NCBI GenBank assembly: GCA_904063045.1
Contig: CAJFCJ010000006.1
Coordinates: forward strand, 5,348,408-5,412,407
DNA: 64,000 nt
Direction: 5' to 3'
DNA from: Dimorphilus gyrociliatus
Lineage: Eukaryota > Animalia > Annelida
Both the position numbers and the translations under genes were made by a program. This document shows, piece by piece, positions 38,897 to 52,200 of this stretch; within the stretch, counting starts at the first letter, position 1; each line of letters starts with the position of its first letter. Below the pieces are notes generated by a model. That model was not told the origin of the DNA. It made no database searches and worked only from the letters and a program-made list of their open reading frames with translations.

Positions 38897-41800
38897 TCAT
38901 GATGAATGGCTTGAAGCCTTTGAGTCTGATTCCGGATGTTTTCGCTTCGATTTAATTCTGAACCTGTTAGGGTGAATAAAATAGATTTGTTTATGGGTTT
39001 ATTTTAAATAATGAGGAAGAATTTTCCTACTTTTCCCATCTATTGTGATTGAGGATGGTAAAATCGTCCAATGTGCTGATATCAGTCAAATATTTAGATA
39101 GCCTCAATAATTCCTTATCCGTATCTCTGTTTTGGTGAGCGTTCTTGAATGGTCTTATCTAAAAAAATAAAATAAAAGAATAAAACGAAATGAGAACATA
39201 TGTGAAAAGTAAAACTTTTGTGTTAGTTTAGTTTTTATTACAGTTTTCTACCCTAATAAAGAACAATTCAATTTCTATTTACCTTTAGACCAGATTGAGG
39301 ATTCATAATAAAATTCCTTCTGATATCGTCCATCATTATAGTGTTTTTATCACTCCACTGATCAAACTTTTTCCAAATAACTCCTAACGGTTTTACCTGT
39401 ATTCCATTAAGCTGATTTTTATTAAACTATATAGTAAGCAACAATACTAATACTTACGTTAACTAGTCCATATTTTTGGCAATTTACTGAGATCATTGCC
39501 AAACTGTCTAGCATAAAAGTAATTCTGTAAGATGGATGATTTAAAACTCCCAATTCGGACATTTTTGCTTTAATCCATTTCATATCAGTAGCAGCTTTAG
39601 TATTTAATATAAGGAAAAAGTCATTTGAATGGTTTATAAAACATTACTCATAGATTATAAAAATATTGTATATACTTACACCATATAACAATATCGTAAA
39701 ATGTATAGGCAGTTGTAAGAAATTCATGTAAATAAGGTCGCATTAAATCTCGCCCAGTTTCCCCCACAGACTTATGATCTAAATATAGAATTTGTAAAAA
39801 TTACACAACTATCGAATCTCTATTTATCTATATCTCTTATAGATCGATATACATAGTATACTACTTCAGAGAAGACCCTATCTTATCTAAGAAGGAGAAA
39901 GTTCATATAAAATGAATGTTAATGCTACTTACAATGCAAAAATATATTTCCTATCAAAGTATAGACATACATATCCATAGAAAACATTTGTAAAGCGATT
40001 TAATCTATTTTTACTAGCTTTTAAAAGATAAAAATGTGGAAATCAAAAGTAGACAGGAAAGCTTTATGAGTGGTTTCGTAATCTTTGAACGGTCAATTAC
40101 AGTTTTACGCTCTTCTAAACAACATGGAAAGTCAAACTTCCTTTAGAAATTTAGATATTGAAAATTTAGAGTTAGAAGAAGGTTTCTTTGATGGAATTGT
40201 ATTTAATAATACATTAGATGAAGCTCTCTTAGATTCTCCAAGTTTAAAAGATGTTAAGGGATCAGTTATGAAGATAAATTGGTTCGAAAAACTTCTAGAC
40301 AAGTTTAAGAAGGATCAGGTTTCAACTATTAATGTATTAAAATTACCTTCTTACGATGTTCGTCATAAAATGATTACTATGCAATCATCGATAAGAATTG
40401 ATGAAAAACCTTTTAGAAATTTTGTAAAGGGAATCCTGAAGCAAAAGATCATTATAGAAAAGCTCTATTATCCTAGTATTTCCAAGATTGCTCAATTAGA
40501 ACGTTTCTTATCTGAAGTTGGTCCGGATTTTACAAAAAGGGTTGACATTTTTGTTGAAAATTTACAAGAGAATATAAAAGACAAACTGAATTGTTACGGC
40601 AAAATAAACCTACATGTTCCACCCGCCATAACGATAACGCCAAAGCAAGAATATATTAAGAATATTCCTGAGAACAAGTTCAAAACAGATAAACCTAAAA
40701 CATATGTTGCTAATGAAATGTTTAAGGGAAATTTTATCGAAAAAAAAGGGGCAGGGGAAACTTTTTGTGACTCCGAGTCATTGTTTTCTGGAAAACCTAA
40801 ATGGAGAGAAAGTGAAGAATATTATGCAAAATTAAATGATACAAGACGTATTATAGATACGTGGTGTAAAGGAGAAAAACATAAAGGAGGACTTTCTAAA
40901 GGATATATTTGTGAAGGTGAAAATAATATTAGAATACTATTTCTCGATAGTGGAGTATGCCTTAATCATAGAGCTTTCAATCATGAAAAGTCACAAAATG
41001 TGCAATGGAATTATCCTATCACCAGAAATAAATTTATGTCAGCTTGGAATAAATGCAAAATAATTGCATTCAAATCATTCGATGATGTTGGAAAAGACGA
41101 ACTTTGCGCTAGAGATAAGCATGGTCATGGAACTCATTGTGCATCAATTGCTGCTGGTCTACCATTTGAAATGTATGTACCGAAAGAAACTGAATTTTAC
41201 GATAGAGAAAAAAATAATCCAGGTATATTGGTATATTTGTTTTCAGAAAGTTTTTCCTTTCTTTAGTTTACTACAATTTGAAAAATATAAACACTCCAAT
41301 TATTTTCAGTTAACTGGAGAGGTGGTGTTGCACCATTTGCGCAGATTTTAAGTGGTAAAATTGTAAATGATAAGGGGATTTCTAAACCAGTCTGGATGGC
41401 AGATGCTCTTAAACACTTCTTAGACGAAGACGAACTTAAGTTTAATAACGAATATTTTCATATTATCTGCACTTCGGTTGGGTATAATTTTTTTTCTGAA
41501 GAGTTACGTCAACAAATAAGTAGAGCTACCATGCAAGGGAAAATCTTTATCTGTGCAGCTAGTAACGAAGGAAAATTAAACACAACTAATATAGCTTATC
41601 CAGGAAGGTTTGGTGACGTTATTTGTGTTGGAGCTTCATGTCGTAAAGGACAGGCAACAAATTTCTCTCCAATTGGGAGAGAAATAGATTGCCTTGCTTT
41701 AGGGGAAAATGTGTGGGGTGCTTCTGCTAACGATTCGAAAAGTGGTATAGCTATGGATGGTACATCCCAAGCAGCTCCATATATTGCTGGAATATGTGCA

Positions 41801-42890
41801 CTTGTACTCTTGGCTGCTCAAAGACTTGGTAAATGTACCTTTAAAAAATTCTTTATATCCTAATACATATTGTGTATATTAACAACTTTAGGAGGAGTTT
41901 ACCTAAGACGTAAGATTCAACATACTGCGGTAATGAAAGAGATCCTAAAGAAAATGTCTAGCCATGATGGGACTCACAAGGAAGGAGAAGGCTATGGGAA
42001 CGTGAATCCTTTAAACATATTAAAATCCGAAAAGTCTCACTTCCTTAGAATTATTGCTGAAGTAATTACCTTTTTAACTATAAAGCTTATTACAACATTT
42101 AACAAATATTACTAATTTTTTCTTTTTTAAACAGATATATAACAAATCAATTGATGAGTTGGAGTGCGAAATCACAGACAGTACTGATTAATGAAAAGCT
42201 GCTTAATAAATGATTATAAAGAAATATTTACTAACCAAATAGTGTATAATCTATATCCAATACTAAAAGTTTCTTTCCCTTCCTGGGTTCATTGATTATG
42301 TCAATTTTATAGCTGTTAACTCTCTTTTGAACTTTTTCCAAATAAATTTCTCTGTAAGGTTAATTAGTAAAAAATTACTTAAAAAATGTATTTATATATT
42401 GGAAGATCTTACTGAGCTTCAACAGGTATTTCGTCCTCTTCTATATCAAATTCATCAACAACTTCGGGTTGATTTTCAGGTTTTTTCGATGCTTCTTCCT
42501 ATTTTTTTTTACGATTCAAAGAATGTTCTGAATAGTCGTTGATTACTTTGAATCACTTATATAAATACTTACTAAAACCTCTTCTTTCGATCCCATCATC
42601 ATAAATTTTTGGCCTGGCTTTATATTCAAGTCAGATAACATGCTATTATCCAAGGCTGGCTTACCAACTGTATTGATACAAAACAATAACATTGAACAAT
42701 CATAAAGAACCGCGCGATTTTAGGTTAAACCTTTTGTTTTTAGTCCGAATAATTTTTGTCTGCAGACAAGAACTTTGGTTTCCGTCTCTACACATTCTTT
42801 TAAGTTTAAAACTGTCTTCTCAGCAGGTAATTTAAAAGGGTATTCTTTGCCACTCCATTTTATTGTTATATCGACTTCGTTTTCTGCCAT
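38897..42890 (-). CDS. UBLCP1: Ubiquitin-like domain-containing CTD phosphatase 1
   Basis: Largely absent from the ORF track; read by hand. [17 protein letters not shown] (UBL)...[16 protein letters not shown] | [41 protein letters not shown]...VKPLGVIW...[25 protein letters not shown]. Intron 39779-42235 hosts a nested gene. Confidence 0.95.
40124..42191 (+). CDS. Subtilisin-like S8 serine peptidase without signal peptide, nested antisense in a UBLCP1 intron
   Basis: Intact triad ILFLDSGV (Asp), [13 protein letters not shown] (His), [12 protein letters not shown] (Ser); oxyanion AASNEG. Exons about 40103/40124-41222, 41310-41828, 41892-42061, 42135-42191; AATAAA at 42205-42210. The true 5' end is uncertain. 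Confidence 0.85.
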
Positions 42891-43204
42891 TTTCGGGGTT
42901 ACATTAATTTTCGTACCAAATTTCAGCTTATCAGCCCTAATTCATAAAATGACAAATTACATTGCTAGCAGATAAATTAAAATAATTATCAGTCATATAC
43001 GAAAAGCAGACCACTGATCGATAATTAGTGGATCCGCCTGATTAGTGTAAAGAAACCAAATATTCTTTCTTGTTCAAGTTGAAAAGTAGACACCAGCCAT
43101 TGAACCACAAGGCTTGTTTAATTTAAATGCCTTTATATATTATAAAACAGCAATTGTAATAATTGCATTATTGGATTATCTGGATAACTAAGGCATATGT
43201 GATA

Positions 43205-46200
43205 ATGGCTAGCCTGGAAAAATTAGTTAAAAGTTTAGATGCTCTAAAGGCTTACCATCCAGATACACTTTCTGAAGAAGTCAAGTAATACATTTTCAAT
43301 ATATTATATTACTAAATTAAAAAAACAAATATTTTATCATTTTATAAAATAGGAAAAAAGATAATGTTGCAATCAGGAAAGAGAAAAAGACAAATTGCAA
43401 TATTGCAGCTGATTGTATTTCTGCAAATGCTTTAAGAAATGTATCAGATTTCAATAATTTCCTGGGTTTAACGATAGAAGTGTTGCTATTTTTGTGTGAT
43501 GATCCGGACCCAGATGTCAGAACAGTAGCTGACGAATGTTTGAATAGAACAATCAAGGTAACCAATGTTTTTCATGTCTATTGTTCTGTGCTAACTTATT
43601 TTAATTAATTCGATTGTTGTTAAAACAGGCGCTGCTGGAAAGCTCTGTTAATCGTATTCATCTGGAACTTTTCAAAGAGATTAAAAAGAATGGGCCCTCT
43701 AGAACCCTACGAGCAGCGCTATGTCGTTTTACAGAGATGGTACATCTCATTAGAATACAAAAACGACGGTAGTAAAAAATATACTCAATACCTCGTTGTT
43801 TAAACGTTTACAACTATTTATATTTTTCATATAGGGCCTACGTTATGAATCTTGTTCAAACTATTGTCAAATTGTGTACTCGGGCTGAAGAGGCTGTTCA
43901 AGAATGCCTTGGGCAGTGCATGCAAAAGCTGTGTCCGGTTTTGCTATCCTATGCTAACGATGCAGAAATTAAGGTTTCGGCTTTCAGATATTTGTAGCCT
44001 TATAATTTCATAGAGTTTTATTTTACATTCTTCCAGGCACTTTTAAAGAGTTTTATGAGTAATTTAAATAGTAAATCAGCCACCAGTAGGAGAACGGCTG
44101 CGTCTTCTCTTGCTCTCATTTGTCAGTATGCTCGAAGACCTTTACTATTTACCGCTTGGCTTCTTGACTCTCTTTTAGGTATTGATACTTAATTCACTTG
44201 AAAATACTTTCCTTTCTGATAGTGAACTGTTATCAATTTCTTTATTACTAATAGATCTGGTGTTACCTATTTCACCTATATTGAGTAATGAACCATCTGA
44301 TTCCCCAATTCTACTGGGCGTTCTATTATCTCTTAAGAATCTACTACCACAGATAAGTGAACAGGAAAGTAGTTACGAGAGCGTAAAGGGAAGTTTCGGT
44401 GTTTTGAAAAAAGAAGAAGTTATATCGATAAAAGTGGAAAAGCTTTTGCAAGTTAGTTTCCTTTTTTGTATTTTTCTTCTTATCTATTGCGCAGTTTACG
44501 ATCTTACATTTTTTATCAATTTTTGTAGGTTTTTGAATTTGGAGTGCATTTATTATCACATTTCGACCATAATGTAATAAATGCATCATTGGATGCACTT
44601 CAAACGCTTTTAAGAAATTGTCCTAAAAAGTTGGCAGACCTTCTACTAACATCCGGAGCAGCTTCTGAAACGCATATATTTTCTGGTGATAAAATTTTTG
44701 AGCAAGCTACTAAAGGAGATACAATTCAAGGTTTGCTATAAACATTACTCTAATGTGCAAAACTGAGACAAATCTATCTACAATTTCCTCGTAGAAACAA
44801 ATTTTAGGTTGTCATCCTTGGCTGATGTCTCAAGCTTAACCGATGAGCCAATTGAAACGCATACTCGACTTGCGGAGACGGGAGATAATTCGACAAGTGA
44901 AGAAAGCGAGCCAGAAGTCTTTCCATCAGATGGACAAGACGAAGCTGGTAATTCAGAGGTTGCGGACCGGAGTATATCGAATTCGAGCTCAGAAGAAAAG
45001 TTATCAGAAAGTCTTCCCAATTTGAGTATCAAAACTCCTGATAATGGTGATATTAACAATTCAACTGAGAAGGAAGATGCATCCTTAATGGATACGAGTA
45101 AAGATTATTCTTCTAAAAATGGAGATATAGGAAATTTATCAGATAAATCGAGTATAGCCCTACTATACTTTGTTAGGTTGTTGTCTTCCAAATTTCTTTT
45201 AACTGGCTATAAGAATGGTTTGATTCCTGACAATGCAGTCAGAGTCAGCGTTAAAGCTCTAGCGTTGTCTTGCTTGTCAGCTGCCTCGTCAATCAGTCCT
45301 AAAATTCTCTTTGATACATTATTTATTGAGAAACTTGAAGATGATCCTCAGATGATTTTGGAGGTTATTTTCTATTCTAGTCACTCAGACCCTCAATTAA
45401 AGGGTAATGTATCGTTGTTGATTGGAAGTCTATTGGAGAATGTTCTCTTTCTGTGCGACGATAACGTAATAGAAGACTATATAGAAAAAACATACGGTCT
45501 CGGACGTCCAACGATAAGAGAACTTTGTAATCATCTGATAAAGATAGTTAAAGATGATTCAGCCGTTGCAGCGAAATTGGCTATAAGCAGTATTCGGAAA
45601 TTTTTGCCAACAATGCTTAATATGCCGTTAATGTGGGAGTCTGTCCAAATTCTTATGTCATTACTACAAGTTGCGGATAATCCATACTGGCTTGTTAAAG
45701 TTGAACTCTTAGAACTAATAGGAGAGTTAAATTTTCGTATCGTTAGCTATATGGAAAAGCGTTTCTCAGATACAGAAGAAAGTAAAAAATTAACTAATAA
45801 GGTATTTCTTGATTCATCGAAAAGGAATAATAAAATGAAAATTGTACACAAATTATTACTTATATTAAATATTTCTTTTTTAGCCATTAAACATTCAAGA
45901 AGTAATTTTGAACAAAATCCTATTGAAACTACTCAATGATTCAGATAATCGAATTCGCACTGCAGCTGCTTCTTCTCTTATGAAGTAATTTTATACTTTA
46001 CTATAGACTTTTTAGATTAATCTGAAAATATCTACATTCTTTAGGTGTTTACCAACTCTTTATTATTCTAATAACCTACTGCAAATGGATGAAGTTGTCA
46101 CGGAAACTAGATATAAAGTAACTAGATATCTGGATCCAATATTTCACGAATGGTCACAGCCCCCAACACCTATTGTTTATGGTTTGGCTTCCCCTTTCTA

Positions 46201-49200
46201 TAATCTTAAAGGATATTTCTCAGGAGATGAAGCAATCGAAGAAAATCTGTCACGTATTATTTCCACTTTATTATATAAACTATCTAGTACTAATTCAAAA
46301 CATTCTAAGGTTTGTAACTAATTATTATTTAATTTACACAAATATAGAGCCAAACATAATAATTCAATTTACAGGCTGGTTGTATATCGGCACTCGTACA
46401 AATTATTCAAGTATATCCCGCTACTGCTTATCCAACCCCATGGGGTTGTGGTGTAAGCAATTCTAGTTTCAAGTAAGTCTTTTCTCTTTATGAAATAAAC
46501 GAATCCTTTTCATCCTCTTATGTTTTGTCTTGTGTCTTTCTAGATCTCAGAATAACTCTGAAGTTGAAAATGATAATACAAGTGGTGGTGGCACTCTTCA
46601 AACTCTTCTTTCTTTTATAACAGCTACATCAATTACATTCGATTTATCGGTTCATCAGGAAATTCTTACTCTAATTGGTGAATTATACTGCGGTAAGTAA
46701 CAATTAAGCTAAACATATCAGTTAATGGATAGAAATATAACGTAATTTCCCATTAGGTGAAACGTATAAATGTTTAAGAAGTGTACCGGAAAACGATAAA
46801 GATAAACAGCAATGGAGCATGTTAAATGATAGACGGCTTTCAACCTTCTCAGAGCAGCTTCTACTGCATATACTCAGGTTTATAGAGGAATTTATAAACA
46901 ACATAAAACAATCTTTAACGCCTTGTTACTTTTTTCAGACTGTTAAACATATTTTATCACGTGATTGAAGAATGTCCGCCGATAGCTCCAAAGACAACCC
47001 TAAGCGCTCCATCTTTATCACCTATCAAGAAAAAAGCAAAAGGGCTTAAAGACGAAGCTTTAGCTGGCGTTATTAAAGACGGAGAGAAGGAAAAAGCGAA
47101 AGGTTTATATGATATATTCTTGCATTCGCTATCTAACTTTACGTTTTTTGCATAATTAAAGAAAAAGAGCTAGAGAAAAGTCCACCAAGTAAAACTGAAA
47201 AGATTGGTTCTTTTCATAATATAATACATTACATGAAACTTTATGATGTTTTAAATGCAACATACAATAGCTATAAGGTAGGCCTTTTAAAAGATAAAAA
47301 AGTTTATTCGGTTTGTTTTTTCTGCTAAGACTTGTTATTGTATTTTTAATTTTATATATAACAGTTGTCAGCTAGTCTCACATCGGAAGATCGATTTATT
47401 ACTTTTATGACATCAACTTTAACCGTTTTAAGTCAATTATTAGAAATTGCATCTCTGAAGGAAGTTGGAAAGTTAACTGAGGAAATTTTGAATTATTTAA
47501 GAGTTGTCAGTAACTTTGATGCGTGCAATAGCATTTACTGCGTTCAACAGGTGAGTTGAATAACATTAAAATAAGTATAGAATTGAGTTCCGTCCATCAT
47601 CTCTGTCCTTTGTGATTTATACTCAGTTTAAGTATGTTTTTGACCTTAATTAGACTGTTTTGAAGTCGTTTGCGTCTTGTAAAGCTAAGATTCAGTGTTC
47701 GTTCACGTCCAGTCATAAAATAATTGAAGAGTTAAAATCTTTTAAGAGAAAGTTTTTGAATTAATCTGTAATCTGGTATGGAACCTAATGTGGTAAGTTT
47801 TGTTGAAAAGTTCTAAATTGGTGAAAAATATTGGTTGAATTGAGCTGTTGAAATTCGACTAGGTTATAAAAGAAGAAAAGGATTTGACGGAAGAACTTTC
47901 ATTAGAAGTAAATAGTTCAACGAACTGCCCAATTATTAGCGTTATTGACAGTCCCTGTTCTGATGTTTTGAACGAATTAACAACTGTATATCGTAGGGAG
48001 GACGAAATCCCATCCAATATGAATGAAATATGTGATGAAGTATTTAAATTTATTGAATCTGATTTAAATAATATAGAAGAAAGCTCAGCAAGAGATAGCG
48101 AATCATCAACCGTAGATGTCGAAACAGTAGATAGCGGGAAAAGTGGACTTGAAGATAATCTTGGATGTGAATTAAGCGGTAGTATAAATAAGCAAATTAA
48201 TAATTGCGAAGCAAAAGTAAAAAGGAGAAGAAAAAAGAAAAAAGCCGTTATCGAAATTACACAAGATCAAATGTGCTTTAACAACGCTAAAGTACCAGAC
48301 GCTGCGTACTCACTACCATTTGACGACATACAATATATTGATTCCTCAGGATTTTCAACATCTATTCTAGCCCAAATGCTGCGAGACGATTCTTTGTCGT
48401 CAACAGCTTGTGACGCAGCTGAATCGTTGATGAACGCTAGCTCGGCACTTTTTGATGGCACAGATAATTTAAATGAAACGACATCTCCACCTATAACTCC
48501 TAAAAAATGTTTGGATGAAAATTCACCAAAAATACAAAGCGTTTCGGAAGGATGGAAGTGGCACGATAGAATGAAAGAGGCTAGAACAAAAAGAGATAGA
48601 ATTCGTAGGTCGAACGTTCTAGATCCGAAAGCTGTAAAGATGATGTCCGATTGGTATAATAAAAATGCGGCTCATCCATATCCATCTAATGAACAAAAGC
48701 TTAAATTTGCGAGTGAAGGGGGAGTTACTTTAAACCAAGTAAAGTCTTGGTTTAATAACAAGAGATGTCGTTGTTCACATACAAGACCAAGGAGAGAAAG
48801 AAAGATAACAAATTAAAACAGAGATTTATTAATTTTTCATACTTTGTCGTGTTCTTTATGTGTATATATTCAGAAAAAAAATTAACTATATTCATTTTGA
48901 ATTTATGAAATAATTGATAGTATTCATTCCATTTTGTGTTCAATAAATTGTAATTTTTTTGTATTTATCAAAAAAGCAAGCATACTTTAATATTTTATAT
49001 CTTTGTTTAGTTATTGAAAGCATTGTTTGGTACAAACTTATCGTCTCAATGGGATTCATCGAATTTCAATTCGGACGTTGCAAACAAAGGAGGCCCTGGA
49101 AAGGCAACTCGCCTTATTGCTCCATCCGGCTTTTACATGGGACTATATCATTCCTGCTTCACCGCCCCTTATACTCAATTTACTCAATCGCTTGCATCCG

Positions 49201-52200
49201 TTACTCTAAGAACAGGGATGCCAAGTGAACATTCGGATTCTTCTAGGTATGTTAATTAGTAACTAATGAATTAATTTCCTTATTTTATGAAATAATTAAT
49301 TATTTAATTTATTCTGATAAACAGTCTTTTATCCTGGTTAAAGAAAAAGTCAGAAAAGAGATTACCATCGACATTGAAATCTGATAGCAAAACATCCGAC
49401 AGAGCATTTGTATCTTCTTACATCAGACTATTTGAAACGTCCGTTATAAAAGCGCTGAAGCTCTATACAACGACATCTTCCTTGCCTTTACAAAAACAGG
49501 TACGTTAATTAATTGAATAAAAGAGTACTTAATATGTAATAATCATTTCACCTTCTGCATTTATGTGATTTTTTGCATTTATATGATAGGTTCTAAATCT
49601 ACTCTCTCAATTAGTTCAATTAAGAGTAAATTATTGCTTGCTTGACTCTGATCAAGTTTTTGTTGGTTTTGTTGTGAAGCAAGTTGAAAATTTTGAAGAG
49701 CAACAGTGCGATGGGATTGAAAATTTCCTTCCACATCTTTTATATTTTCTAGTGCTACTTTCCTACGAAAAATATCATTCAAAGCCTATTATAGCCGTTC
49801 CTAAAATTATTCAATTATGCGATGGAATCATGGCTAGTGCCGATCATAGACATTGTATGATGCTTCAATATCTTATACAATTGTCATTTATTAATCAATT
49901 ACATTCTTTTTAGTGCCACCAGCCCTGCAGCCCGTAGTTAATGATCTGTTTATCTCAAGGTCCTTGAATAAAGCGGACAGTGGAAAAGACTTAGATACTC
50001 AGAGAGAAGTTGTTGTATCAATGCTACTTCGTTTATTGAACAATTACGAAGCTCTCGAATTACTTGGTATAGTATTGCAAGCTAGTCGTAGGGAAACAGA
50101 AGAAAAATGGAAACGATTATCAAGACAAGTTGTCGATGCTATTTTACCTTTACTACAAAATCACCAAGTGCCTATCCGCAATCAAATGCAATTAGACGTT
50201 CTTCACCGTCTATTCGAAGCTGTTGCTCCAGCCGTCCTGAGGCCCACAGATATATTATTAAGATATCTCTTCGCTAAACCAAGTTCATTGGTGCGTTAAG
50301 TTTTATTAGCTTTTTTTATTATAAGCAGGCATTGAAATTGCCACTTGGCAAAAGAGAAAGAAAAATTGAGTTATTTATAAGATAGAATATTTAATTTATA
50401 TTAATTCTTTAAAATTAGAAATCAACGGAATCTTTAGAGTCATGGATGAGTTTGGTATTAATAATACTAAGAGTATTTCTATCGCAAAGCAAGGAAGATA
50501 TGATACTATCACGAATACACGAAATGCAATTAACTATTCCAATATTAAAAACAAATTCGGAAAATCAACAAATTTTTCCAGCAGCAATAACATTTACAAG
50601 GTTAATAATTGTATATAAATCCTATATACATGTAAATAAAAGCTTATTATGAAAATTAATAATCTAATTTCTTAGGAAATATGAATATTAATTGAATAAA
50701 TAATTTTGTTTCTTTTTTTTTTACTATAGATTTATTCTACAAACTTTTGGTATTGTTGTAGAATATTTGAATAAATCTAATAAAGATTTATTAACAAAGG
50801 TTAAACGAACTTTTCTGGAACAACAACTATCCCACCTTTTATTATACACAAGTCATATAATACAATGTGGGCAGTATAAGAGTTTTAGTAAAACTCTTAA
50901 GGAATTAGGAGAAGATAATACCAATAACTTCTATTCAATCAAAGATTTAAATAAGCTATTTTTACAATTGGCAAAAGAGAAACCGATATTATCATTACAA
51001 TGGTTTAATATATTAAATTTAATAGAATGGATGGATTTAACATATTGGAAGAAGTTATTACTAAGCGACGAAATATTGAATAAACGTGTTAATTGCAATT
51101 TAGAAATAATTAGAAGATGTTGTATAGTATTATTTAGCGATAATACTGTAAGTTGTTTTTAAATCATTTACATTTAATATAATCTGTTTACTTAGTATAT
51201 TAAATATTAAACTATTAATCTATTCATCCTTTTTTAATATGGCAGAAATTGGACGTAACTAAGAAGAGTGAGCAAGTAAATTTTATTCTGGACAATAATA
51301 TTACAGATTTAATTGATATGTCTCAAGAACCACCAATACAAGATTTAATAAGGTAATACTCATATCTAATGATACAGCATATACTGTATTTTATTGGTTT
51401 GCCTTTTATGTACAGTTTATATAAAACTTTTACAATACTTTTGTTTTTATTTGTTTCTAATTCTAATTTAATTAAATAGCAAAATACAAGAGAAATCAGA
51501 TCAATCGTTAGTTTTTATACAAACTATAAATGATAAGTGCGAAAGTCTGTGTGAGGTTAGTTTTTCTTGCTTTTAATTTTGTTTTTTTTTTAAATACCGT
51601 CTTTTCTTCTTTTCTCTTTTCATCTATAGGAAGCTGAAAGAGTTTACGATTGTTTGAAGTGCTTAAGGTGTGCTCATCAAGAACAAACCGCTCCTCTTTT
51701 ACGACTTATCATTACGCGTATTCTTCCGCAACGTCATTTAATGGCTGTTGGTCGATTCGCCGATAACGTCGCCTGTCAAAGAACCGAAGTTCTTTTAGCA
51801 GCTATAGCTCAGGGGAAAATTGATCAACCACCCTTAGAAGACATTGAAAAATTGTTAAGTTTTATGGAAGAGCGTGGTCTATTGAAACGATACGCTCGGC
51901 TAGCTACTCTCTTATCAAAGTTAATAATAGGGAATTCAAACAAAGCTAAGCAATATTTAACTGAATCGAAATCGCAGCATCCTTTAAATACTGTGGGAAA
52001 ATTAACTCAAAATTCCATTGTCGATAAAAACTTGGTTATATCAATTGTTCAATACGAGTGTTCGAAAAGAATGCCTAACTTCAGAGATTGCGCCCAAATG
52101 TTATCTTGTTTGGAATACGCCGACATTGTAAACATCCTCATGTCCTCATCCACTCATCAGTCCATAATAGGGGAATGTTTAAAAACGGGGGCGGAACTAT

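Noticed and set aside
40124-42191. Bacterial contamination or a prophage as the source of the subtilase and HtrL-like genes
   Set aside because: Both have phase-consistent GT-AG introns and lie inside introns of intact animal genes with matching base composition.
43353-43400. Apparent frameshift in HTT exon 2
   Set aside because: Recounting the A-run (confirmed from the antisense ORF translation) gives an intact [21 protein letters not shown] frame.
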